NCBI GenBank assembly: GCA_000934665.2 | Contig: KZ538030.1 | Location: 62,001-126,000, forward strand | Direction: 5' to 3' | DNA from: Catajapyx aquilonaris | Taxonomy: Eukaryota | Length of the DNA: 64,000 nt | Shown here: piece after piece, positions 49,529-61,510 of the stretch | Layout: the number at the start of each line of letters is the position of its first letter | Position numbering within the stretch: the stretch's first letter is position 1 | Position numbers and translations under genes: made by a program | The notes under the pieces: generated by a model | Told to the model about the DNA's origin: nothing | The model's input: the letters and a program-made list of their open reading frames with translations, nothing else | Database searches by the model: none

Positions 49529-52500
49529 ATTATTATTTAAAATCCACTCAGCGTTAATTTTTATCAAGCCTCATAATAAAAAAAATGTTGATTGTTGTTT
49601 TTCACGTAACAAGTGCATGTATATAGTGTTTTAAAAGACCACAAGTTTAATAACTACTTCACCACGCAATTTCCATATTTCTCAGCCGCAATGCATCACC
49701 TATGCTATGGCCTTTTGAAGCTCTCCTAATTAGAGGGCATTAGTGTCAGGTCACTTAATATTCCTATGCGGTTCACCTCCTTTCCCCCCCCTTTATAATT
49801 GAAAAAGGACCCCGGTTCCGTCTGTTACGGGCCAATTGGCAATAAAATCAATTCAGTGCCGCCAAAAGGAAAAAAAGGGGGATCTTGAAAGAAGAAAGAA
49901 GACGCTAGTCAGAGACGTCATCGCCCTTTGTTGCCTCCAACTCCCCCTACCAATTTTTGTCTCCGTGGCAAAAAGAATGACTTTTTGGTCCACCCCGCAT
50001 GGAGAAGGAACCGATCAATCCCCCCACTCGCTAAATGTCGTCTCTACAACGCCCATCCTTTGGCTTTCTGAGGTTTCTCCAGGGAATCGAAGATGGGAAG
50101 CAAGAAGGAAAGAGAAGATGGGGGGAGAAAGAAGAAGAAGAAAAAAAACTGAAGAATTTTTGCTAGTTCCGCGGTCATGTCACACTTTCTAACCGGGACC
50201 TCATGTCAGCCATTGAATTTCGATAAAGGAACATGAGAAAGGGGCGAGGTAAGGGGATTACCTAGGTCTGATGGAAGGGTGATAACCTATATAAGAGCGT
50301 CGCTTATGTTTGGGCGTAGAGGATGTAACTATAGCTCTGAGAAAAATATTTTAACACTGAAACACCATAAATTGTGCAAATGCTTTCTACAAAGCAAGCA
50401 GTTACGTTAAATTGCTAATAATAAACGAATATTTTTGCTCATCCAAAAGTAGCTGCGTTCTTTTAAAGCAGTGTTGTTGTTGAACACCTTGTGCTTGGAG
50501 GCAGCTTCTGAGTGTCGTTGTACTATTCTGGCGAAGGGTTTGGTTGCTATGGACCAGATGGTGCGGTGGTAGCAGTTTTCACGGAGCCTCGGGGACATCT
50601 AGGGCGCTATAGGCCTACTTCGGCATCGGATATGCGCCAAGAGGGTTGTTTATCCAATGGAGTACTATTAAAGCTTAGATGCACTTAGATGCGTGTGTGA
50701 TGTTTTTATCCCGCGAGCATCACCATTGTTGCAGGCTGAAGCTTAGTTCCGGCGCCTAGAGCATGGGATTATTTTGCGACTGTAGGTGAAAAAAATAGCC
50801 TTTTCAACTCTTAGCGTATTGAAAAGTGTGCACCTCTGTAATTTTACCAAGTATAAGTGAAGGATAAAGTACTGTATGTTTTCCAATAGCAATGGAAATA
50901 ATAATGTAAATGGGTAGAAGCTGTACACTGCTTCATCCAGGCTGGAGTAAATCTGGCATTAGGATATTGTGTAATTACGTGTCTGGAGTTACAGTAATAA
51001 CAGAGAAGCAATTATTTTGTGCTACCTGAGAAAACTGCTTATTTTTCTATTGATAAATGAACGTGCAAATTTTTTTTTCCTACACCATCACACTGATTTA
51101 GGACATCTTCCGCATTTTGTCAACGATGCGGTTTAATATTAGGTTTATGGGAAGCTGTAACACTATCCAATAAGGAGTATAACGAGCGTCTTGTTGTAGG
51201 TATAGCTACAAAGAGGTTAGTATAGGCACTAACCTGAAAGCATGTAGATATTGCATGAATTGGCAACTCCCCAATTCTATGTAAAAAGGGATTAAGTTAT
51301 TAGTTGTTTTTCCTATAATTATAGTAGCTGATTTCGGTGGTAACTTCACCTGTTTATGCAAGCCAAGTTGTTACACGCGCAATGCTGCCTGCCTCATTGA
51401 AAGTTACACTAACCGCACTTCATCCCACGGGATATTACTTGCAATTAAAACCCTAACTCCAAGCTAGTACTTTGAATTAATGAGACAAGGTGGACCGGAC
51501 GAGAACGATGACACTGCTGTACAGCCATGTCAAAAATTAAACCTCCGCTTAGGAACAAGCATGGCGAATATATTTTTTGCAAACCACGTTCTGGCCTGCA
51601 GAACATCGGATGCGATATTCAGCCGGGCTGGATGACACAGGAATGCTTTAATAAGCAAGGCAGAGCCATTGCCAAAACTGTGAGCTGACAATTAACACTC
51701 GATTCTGGTCCCGCCGTTAGTTTCAGTGCATATAGTGGCGGGGTTAGGGACATTAATTCCGCCAAAAAAAAATTGGCACCGGAAGGGAACAAAGTACTTT
51801 TTGCCTCCAGCCAAAAAATTTGGCAACTGGGTGGAATTAAACATGCAAAGTAAGCGCTTAAGCTCATCAGGCTGCATTAAGCAAAAATGCATTTTGTATC
51901 TGGCCTGTTTTCGGATTATTACGATAGGTTATATCCGAGGATATATGTTGGAGCAACTAATGGTACTAAAAATGTTGGCAAATTTGTCAAAAACCGGTAG
52001 GGAAATCATTGCAACGTTACAACTCCCAAATCGCTTCAAAAAAAAACCTTCTCTGAAACCGCCTGTCATGTCTCCTGCCTCATATTCCACCCACTTAACC
52101 AGGAACTGTGCAAAAATTTTCCGCAATTTTGGCTCTCCGGGTTGCCGCAAGCTGGGCGGTGCTGCCAGGACGCAGCTGCACGGGAAGTCCAGACATGTCT
52201 CGACGGGGAAGTCCCGCATCGATCCCCTCCAACTAATGTTCGACGCGTCTCTGCATGGTGGCAGCACCTACTCGACAACCAGCACTAGGGCGCCTCTAGT
52301 AGCCAGACAGCAAACTAAATGTCCCGAATTTACCGAATTTTATACCCACAATTTAATGGATACCAAAATTTTCTGTTTATAGCACCTGATTTTAAAGGGG
52401 TGGTTTATATTGCTAAAATTTTTATGCAGTATTTCCAGAGCTAGGTTCCGCACTGTGGTCGCCGCCGATATCGATTCGTCAGCAAAGCCGGCGAGTGTTG

Positions 52501-55500
52501 GAACAAGGGAAAACCTTGGGCAACCTACACCCCTGCATTTATTAAACTGAAACAGCTTCCTACACCACACATATGGGACCGGGTTCATTTAGCACATGAC
52601 TTGGTTATATAACCACACGCGGCCTCAATTCATTCCGGACATATTTTTCAACCTGTATTCTCCATGTCAGACTCTATTGTGCGAACCTTAAAAAATGTGC
52701 GCAGAGATTTATATTCGGACACACCCTGCCTTCCTTCTTTTTATAGCGAAAAAGAAGCTGATATCGACCAGAATCGATCCAAGTCTAGGAATAGGTTGGG
52801 GGAAAAGGGGAAATAAAATCTCTGCCGGTCGCCTCTGCAAAACTGGTAAACAATGATAGAAGCATTAGTAGCCTGAACATTAATATCCGGAGCCACATCG
52901 ATTCGTTATGTGTCATTCCGGTTTGAAGTTCCGTACTGGGCTTGGAGTGCAAAAAAATAGATAAGGAAAAAAAAGGCAATGCAGTTCTGCAGTATAAATG
53001 GAAATTTTCGTACATTTTTTCGCTCAAAATATTCACCATCCAATCACCATGATGCCGCCATATTGATCCAGATCTTGAAAATTGGCATGGTGGTATCGTC
53101 TTATAGGTGTGAGAAAAAGGCAAGGGAGGGAAAAAAAGGGGACAAAAGTGAGATCGATGTTTTTCCGCAGACAAGACGAACGTCACGAGCTGAATTTGAC
53201 AGGGTGGCGTCAGGTGGTAGAAGTTTGAAATGTATATATCTCATGGCCTGCCGCTATGTTTGATTCGTTGGGGATGTTTGTCACGCGTCAAGGCATCGTC
53301 CGGTCTGCATTTGTCGGGACAGTATGGTCCAGCCAGTCAGGTGGACAGCTAAAAATAGGGTGGGTTGATTTTTTATTGATATGTAATTGCCCTCGGATGG
53401 GTGGAAGGGACATTCACCCAATTTTGGCACACGGGGTGATAACAATGCGGGCATTTTCAACTGTCGCAGACAAGTGCGGGAATTAAAGGCGAAAGGGCTA
53501 TGATGGGAGGGTGGAATTGTTGGGTTGGGAGAATGCCATAGCAAATTTTTGCATTATTAGCCTATGTCACACATTTGTTCATTTGAATCGCGGACGTGGT
53601 TCAGATTGCTAAATGTGTGAAGGGTTGCTTCAAGACCAGGATAAAGTGGTCGAAACTAATTGAGACCTATAGTACACATTCGTAACATTCACAATATTGT
53701 CCCTTTGTTAGTCTTTTACTAGTAGTTTCTGGTAGCCTTTGAGTGAGTTCACTATTAGAGATATGAAAAGGCCCAGAAGTCGGTCAAATGTATTTTACAA
53801 CCGAGGAATTTTTTATCTACAATTTCCCAGCAAGGTTTCTTAAGCTCGCTTTTCCAATAATTAGCGGAGAAGCGCGATAATAGCAGTAAACCACTAACAG
53901 CTGGGTAATAATGGCTCGCGAAATCGGACCGTATATTTTCAACAATGGGAAGTTTTATCGCCGGGTACTGTTCCCTTCAATTTTTTTAAATTCATTTGGC
54001 CAGATGGACAGCACAATGGCCTTACACGTTTTGACGAAATCGCCATTGAAATGACTGACCATTATCCCCGAGCTGAAATTGAGCTCGGTTATTATCGAAT
54101 GTTCCGTCATTATTATCCAGATGGAATTATTGTTTTTCTTCCATAATCAATTTTTGAATTGCCGATATCTCTCTGCCTGTCTGCCTTTTGCAATAAGCTT
54201 CTCATTTGACACTTTGCCCCTCCATGCAAGGATAACATCCACTTTGTGAGCCGGATTCTCATAGTCTAATGACTGCAAGAAAGACAATAAAGATGGTATT
54301 CACCGGGCCGAAAGATATTGATGCCTTGGGCTCATGCCAAATGTGCATCTCATATTTTCGCCCCGGATTTCAAGAATCTAGTTGGCGAGAAATGTATGTA
54401 ATTTATTTTGAAAATCCATGTCATTTTTGTCGCCTCGGAGCAGTTTGTCCCACTGGCAAAGACTGAACACCTTTTCAGCGCAGATGACAATTGAACCCGA
54501 GGCATTCACCTCTGGTGACCCCAATTGGACCATCATTGCCAGACCCACATATCTTTTCACCTCCCAGACCTATCAAGATCTCACATCATGAAGTGTTTTC
54601 TGCCAATTTGTGTCAGGAAAGAACTCGTAAAACACTTGGACCAAATGGCCCAAACGGTGCAGTGCTTTCCCACACCTGACGTCCGATATATATACCGCCG
54701 GTAAATTATTGCTAGCCACATTTGCTGTAGGCGAATTCGCAGAATTTGCAGGATTGTATGGCCTAAATTGCGAATTAAGTATTTTTTCACTAATACTGAA
54801 AAAAATATGTAATCAAGCCAAGAAGTCCTCTGATTTTTGGGTCAGTTTATTGTTCGAACTTTTAAAATTTACATAATAGCAACACGACATAATTATCGTG
54901 GAAATGGTATTGGCTAGAACAGATATTATTAATTAAAATAAGCGAAAGGCAATAAATTGTTGTAATAAAACATCAACTGTTTGAGCCATGGACATGACAT
55001 TCACAATAACGAGCATGAAAAATAAGTTTGTTTACATATATTGCTGCAGTATTAGATTAATTTGAGGTTGACATTTGGAGGATTAAAATTCAGCTAAAGC
55101 TACTACTGGTCACTTGGTATTTTAAAGTCACGGTTAGTAAAAAAAAATCACATCTATGCCATATATGCCATATTTGCAAAGCACTCATGTGGTTTTATCC
55201 ATGTTATGCTGTGCAGCTTCATAATCCAACCTGGTTTTAATTTTTTTTCGGGCACTTCTCAAACGTTAATAGGTCAAAATGAGTTATGCAGAACGTGATT
55301 ATAAAGCCGGTGTATACACCTGTCCCACTCAGTGCAGTGGATGGAGGGGGGCTAAACTTTTTAGAAAGTTACATCGTTTTCATGTAAAGCTGGTGGCTTA
55401 GCCAGTGTTGCAAGGCCCGGTTGCAGATTAAGGTCTGGACACGAATTCACATTTCGGATGTTTAAGCTTGGCCTACTGGGGAGTTTAAAATCGCCCCTGG

Positions 55501-56819
55501 ACTTTGCCAGCCAGGATTCGTTGTTATAATGTAACTTCCGGATGTTTAACACTGCCACAAAATCCTGGATGAAATATATATATTTTTAAAGTGCAAGCAG
55601 TGAATTTACAAACTCTCAGTGGGCATTTTTTGGAGCTGAACTGTGAGTGATAATTTTTTATCCACCTAATGAATAGCCTGGAGTGATGACTTTTTACTTG
55701 ATTATTCCGGAAATATACAGAATAGTCCAATTATTATTATTTAATTTATTTTGTTTTACTTAGAAGGACCAGCCTGCTTACTTCATATAAATGACTACAG
55801 TTTCATAGCATGTAAATAATATTATCATTTTTGTTGCATCGTATCAGACAAGCTCATTTGTGGTGAAAAATTATGAATGCGGTATATTTCAGCTCGTCGT
55901 ACAATTCCTGCTGGCGCATCACTCACGTGCGCTACTGTAATGGAGAAAATGTGTTTACATATTTAGTGGAGCTTTTTTCGCGCTAAACGCATCCTGGCAC
56001 GCAGCGAAAAATAATGGATGCGAGTAATTTGCACGGAACTGTTGTTTACTGGCCTTTAGAGGTTCACAGGAACTACGGTTGTAACGCACTGATTGCAATG
56101 CTGAACATATTGCAGTGTGCGTGGTGTACAAAAAAATAAGAGTTGTCGATTCATATGCTGTGAGCGTCTTAAGATACGAGTGGTTTTTTTTTTCCTCTCT
56201 TCGAAACTTCGAAATTGCATCGTCACTGTTACTTCCTTTTTTTTTGTTCAAAGTTACGGAGTTAGCTGCACCCTAGCGAGTAGTTGTTCCAGGATTTAGC
56301 TGGTGTGTTATCTGGCTGAAACTTCGATGATATCAGCTACAAACTGAGGAAAAGCCCAGTGTTTTCTCCCCATGTATCATCAATTAAATTGAGTGGAAAA
56401 ACATAGCTGCGATGTTATTTTACAGTAGCTCCAAGTTGTTGCTTTTAAAAAATTCATGCTACATTGTAGGAAGTGGTACCTGGTTGAATCCGCCAAAATT
56501 TATGGCCGAAATTCGCCCCAAGTTAAGAGCAATAATTTTAGGGTACAAACCAGAGGAACCATGGCCCGTGCGCGTTATCTGTTCGGTACTAATTCCATAA
56601 GTTATTCCATTACAATGTTGTGCAACAGTTTGGATCGCTCCCTTTGCATCACCAACAGTTTATACTGTACAGTAATTGTTGCAGTGAACTCTTTGAAGCA
56701 TGTAATTTAAACACTGTCATTCATTTTGATTTCCTGGTTTTTCATTTTTGATGCAATTTTCATGATTGATTTTTTTTTTATGGTGACATTTTGCTTATCA
56801 GCTATTTCTCCAAAGTTCT

Positions 56820-57198
56820 TCTTGAAGGCGGCGGCGGCTCCACTATCGCGCAGCCGCAGCCGCACATTGCCCCCGATCCCTACGCGTGGCTTCCGTCACG
56901 GTTTGGGCGCAGAAGCCGATTCAGCATGCTCTGGCTCCACTCCTGCTTCTGATTCCTGCACGTCTCCACAGCTCAAAAAATTTTAAGGAGACATCTAATA
57001 ATCCCATCCCAAAATCCCCAAAATTACAAGTTGTTTTTTTGGCTTAATTAGTGAAAACGTCGTGTGAGACGTGTGAGTGTTGGTAGTGCTGTGTAGTGGT
57101 TTTTTGGTGCAGGTCGTGACCCATCCACGACCTTTAACCTCTGTTGTAGAGGTTGTTTGCAGTGGTGGCTGGGAATATATCCAGTTTCATGACAACAG
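56820..57198 (+). other. Candidate alternative promoter and first exon of the MDM1-like gene (ATG ACA ACA G|gtacgg)
   Basis: GC/CpG-rich patch at 56820-56970, then a UTR-like stretch, ATG at 57189 and a phase-1 CAG|GT donor at 57199, the same phase as the exon 2 donor. Inference only. Confidence 0.3.
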
Positions 57199-60100
57199 GT
57201 ACGGAACTACGGTGATTTTTTGGATGGGTAGTTTTGTAGAGTAGCAGCCATATGGTTGGTGGAGGGGGATTGAGACGTTGGCATGGTGATGTCAAGTTGT
57301 GGTTTGTCGAGTGCCGATCGGTTGGTCTAGCCACACTGTACTGGGTGGCAAGGGTCATTCTCGCCGAAAAATATTCACATTTAGTGTGGAAGCAATTACG
57401 TAATGTACAGACATACAGAAGAAATTAATAAAGTCCAAACAACCAAATGGGTCATTCAGTTCTTAATCTGACTCAAAATTTGGCATCATTGTTAGTGAAT
57501 AATATGTGAACGTAACGAGTCACGACAATCAATGACCTTTTTTTGTCAAATAACGAGCGCTCTGCAATTAATTTAACGACCACATAAAAGCAGCACTCGC
57601 TTAATAATAATCGACATTTCGCTCCCCACTCCTAAACTTGAGTTGGCGTTAATTTTTTAATGGGATCTGCAGACGGATTAAATTCGCCCACCTCGTAATC
57701 AAGATACTGTGCGACATGACGCACATTGCAAGTCTGCGATAAAAAGGTGGGCCGTTAGCGTTGTCTAAACAACATGTAACGACGCCCAGAAAAATTTCTT
57801 GGGAAAGCTTCATATTTTAATCAAGCTTAATTAGGAGTGCTTGCCCACAAGCTCATTAGAAAAGAGCAGATCGAGCCTTTTAAATATGGATATGTGGCTC
57901 ATCGGGTCATGACCTCGAGGCTATGGAGCTTAGTTGACCCCTTCCTGTGCAGAAGTGAATCGAGGCCAGTGTGATTGAGTTGGGGGTAGTGTCTGAGGCG
58001 TGTGAAAAAATTCGCAAAATATTTTTTGGCGACATTTTTTTTGGACGTGTCAGTTCTTGTTATTGGCGAAATTAATCATGACCTTAGCTCATTTCGAATG
58101 GTTGGCACAAGTCCAGCTCATTTAAACTGTACGAATGCGAAGTTTTTTTTTGTGTGTGTGTGAAGCAATGATTTATTTTTATTTTTTTGAGGCGAAGCCG
58201 GTACCTAGCACAATGTTTTTTTTTTCGGAGGGAATAAATGAACCCTGGCTTGTTTACGCTAGGGATTGTAAATATATTACGCGGCGTAATTACGGGACAT
58301 CATGCCGAGTGCGTTTTCCGGTGCAAAAATGTTGATTGTTTAATTTCGGGGAAGTGTCATTGTGAATGACATCGTCCCAGTATTTTTTTGGAGTGAGCAT
58401 ACTAAATTTTTGAGCTGATGTTTCCTAATTAGTTTAGATTCCCAAATTTTAATGTGCAAGATGTCACTGAGTACATCATGAAATCAAATCAGAAATGTCA
58501 TATAATCACAATTTATTTGATAGATAATGCAGGATTATATTTGGTTATGTGCAATGTCCTGTTCATGTCTGGAAGTAATTTCAATGCGAAGGTCAGTGTA
58601 CCCAGTTACGTAAAATTGATATTGATTTTCTCCCATACTTTCTTTATATTCTTGTAGATAAATGTGAGGCAACATATTTGCAGCCTTCAAGTTCTTTCAC
58701 CTCAACCTGCAATGTATTGAAAAAAATTCCTTCAAAAATATGCGTTTCCACTGCTTGGTCACTAATCTCACCTAGATTAATCAAAAGAGCCAGGCCAACA
58801 GCTAATTTCTAGTTTTTATCCCTCCAGTCCGCGCATTCCAACCATGCCTCACAATAAAAAAAGGGCATTGTGACCCACCTTGTATTGCATGATAGCCCTT
58901 GCATTATTTCAAGCCTTCCCAAAAATAGCGCCCCGGATGGTTCCGATAATTTCATTGGCCTGCTTTGAGCGACGCATAGAAAGCATAGAGTTCATGTCAG
59001 GCTATCCATCACAATATTGGCTTTTAGGTGGGGTCAAATGTTGGGGGGGGGGGGGTTGCTGGGGAGAGGGGGGGTGCCGCACCCATCTCCTTGAAAATGG
59101 TGGCGGTCAAATGGGTCAATACCATCTGGCAGGTGGGTGTGTCGCAGGGACCTTCTTCCTTTTATTACATCCTATCTACATCCAGCAGATGAAAGTTTTG
59201 CAGGGCTTCAATATCCCCCCCTCATAGCTTTTTCTAATCGCCAAATATCAGGTGGAAGGATCGATCAGGTGTCGATCGATCAGTTCATTATATTGTAGGG
59301 TAGATATTGCCTCATGGCCTCGCAAAATACGTATGGAACAATGAGGATTCATGGCAGAGCAAGTTTTATGAATAGGAGTCTGATATTTCGCAATATAATA
59401 TTGGTAATTTACAGGGTGAGTCAGAAATGTACAGGTCATATTGAAGCTGGATGACCTGTAGTTTTTTTTATCAGATGACACACACGTTACAACAACAAAA
59501 AAAAACAGGGCAGCCTTGGCGTGACTAACAAGACTTCTTATCGTGCTGTGTTCTGAAACTTTCGTCAAGAATTTTTGGCTTGAAGGGTAGGAAATGCAGT
59601 TGAGTTGCAGTTTTGTAGTTCGCACGTCAGTTCGTGGCGGGGGTTGTTACGGACTTTATCTTTGTACTATCCTAGAGATGTGTAATTAAAAGCGGGGCGA
59701 AGAATGAAACTTGCTTCCAGGAAATTTTGAGGTATGTGAGGGAGTGGAAATTTAATTAGGTTGCATGATTATGTTCGCTTTATGATGCTGTATATAGCCT
59801 GTAATGCAGCTATTGCTCAACAGTTCAATAGTAGGTCAGGAATTAACCTGTTGCAAACTACAATCTAGCATAATTTGTTTATTTTTTGGATAAAACAAGT
59901 TCGTGGTTTTATGTTTTATGAGAGTGGAGCCGCTATGGCGACATCTAACGTAGCCTCGTGAGCAACTTATTTTCTTCTGTCAACAACTAAAATGAAGCCG
60001 ACCCTTTTCCCACAAAAAAGAGGAAGAAATGTGTGCCCTGCCGAGTGAATTTGGTCAGATGGTATTCCACAGAAATAGCGGGAGATCTCTTTTATGGCGT

Positions 60101-61197
60101 CCGTAATAGCTCACATTTCTTATCGTCCAAAAATTTTTCCGTCCACCAAAAAACATCTACATTTTTACGTCCCTTCATACGTTTTTACGCCCTCTCTCAT
60201 ATGTTCCCAAAATATTTTTTTTTTACCTGCTTCAAGGCCTCGACTGCACTGCAGAGGGATGGTCAAATTGTGGTTCGGCCCTCGAGCTTTAATAGTTGCG
60301 TGATAACCTTTTCCAACCGAAATAGAGTAAGCGTGATCTTCAGATAGGATCTGAGCCAACTGCAACTCTTGTGTATAAGAGAACCAGAGAGTATAGTATG
60401 GAGACGACATTTAAATTAAAATATCAGCGGACAGGATCTCTGTTTTCTAGGAGAGGAAATTGGCAAGAGTCGCGTCAGGTTGTTGGCATCGCATTGCGGA
60501 GACTTGTCGACAGTTGCGACAAAAAAAAAGTGTCGCGAGGAAAACCTTTTGTCGCCAGTAATGAACGGAAGATAGGGTGGAAATTGTGTGCATTCAGGTG
60601 CGGAGTTCAAACACCTCTCCTTTTTTTGTATAAAAAAATAATATGGCACGTTGCACTTCAGAAAATGTCAAGGAGTGACGTAACAAGCGGTGTGAAAATT
60701 TGCACAATTTGACGTCGCAATCTCCTAGGAATTCTTGTTTAACAAAAAGACAGGCTTCATGCTTTGCGGGCAAGACCTTGTCAATTAACCAGCAGGTGAA
60801 AAGAAGAGGTGTCGCAAGTTTAATTTGGCAACATCCACTTGGAAATTCGCATCACATGAGGTTTTTTTGAGGTTGGATTTTTTTGATCTGCAAGAGCTCG
60901 TCTGCCTCACTTTTACAACTGCAGATGCTTAAAACGATAACCAGCGAGGGGGTCGTAGTTTCCTCCACATTGAGCCGAACATGGACGGCATCCCAGACCC
61001 CATCTCCATACTAAACGGGACCTTGACTAGATGGGAAAAGGCAGGCTTTTGGGAAGCAATAAAAGACGTAGCATACGTATTAAGCCATGAAAAACGTCCA
61101 TGGCGCCATAGTGAAAAGGATCCCACACCAAAAAGTGGGCCACTATCAATCATCCTCGATCATTTCTATAACCAGTCAGTTGGATCGTTCCATCCTG

Positions 61198-61510
61198 CCA
61201 ATCAGAAAGCTCGTACCAGGCCCCATTGGAACTACTGGGGCCAATCAAGTGACTCGTACTATTCCACAAATGAGAAGGCTCGTACGTGACAGCATCGGAA
61301 CTACAAGAGCCAATCAGGTGGCTCGTGCTACTAAACCAATGAGAAGGCTCGTACTTGTCTGTCTTGGAATTACTTAACGCCAATCAGGTGGCTGGTAATA
61401 GTGTGCTCAAGAGATTGTTGGTAAGCAGGCAGCCAATGAAGAGCCACGTCTTATTGCGCCAATGAGTAAGTCTCATGTACCTGGCCTCAATGGAGCTCCA
61501 ACATGGCGCT
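61198..61510 (+). promoter_or_regulatory. 69-bp tandem repeat forming a CCAAT-box array followed by a YY1-like CAACATGGCG
   Basis: CCAAT at 61198, 61241, 61310, 61336, 61380, 61433 and 61459, plus a CAAAT variant at 61267, all in the same orientation. CAACATGGCG at 61499-61508. The repeat itself is certain; promoter function is inferred. Confidence 0.6.

Noticed and set aside
51726..52382. Longest intergenic ORF (218 aa) and the 191-aa ORF at 33990..34565
   Set aside because: Non-ATG starts, low-complexity K/F-rich composition from homopolymer runs, no domain motifs and no supporting splice sites.
52280..60820. Scattered CTCF-like words (e.g. near 52285, 59935, 60807)
   Set aside because: Partial matches expected by chance in this much sequence. 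Would need a PWM scan and ChIP data.
60981..61130. FWEAIKDVAY resembling the Tc1/mariner transposase LWGYLK..VY segment
   Set aside because: Match is too short and the flanking SPDL/DD-E motifs are absent.
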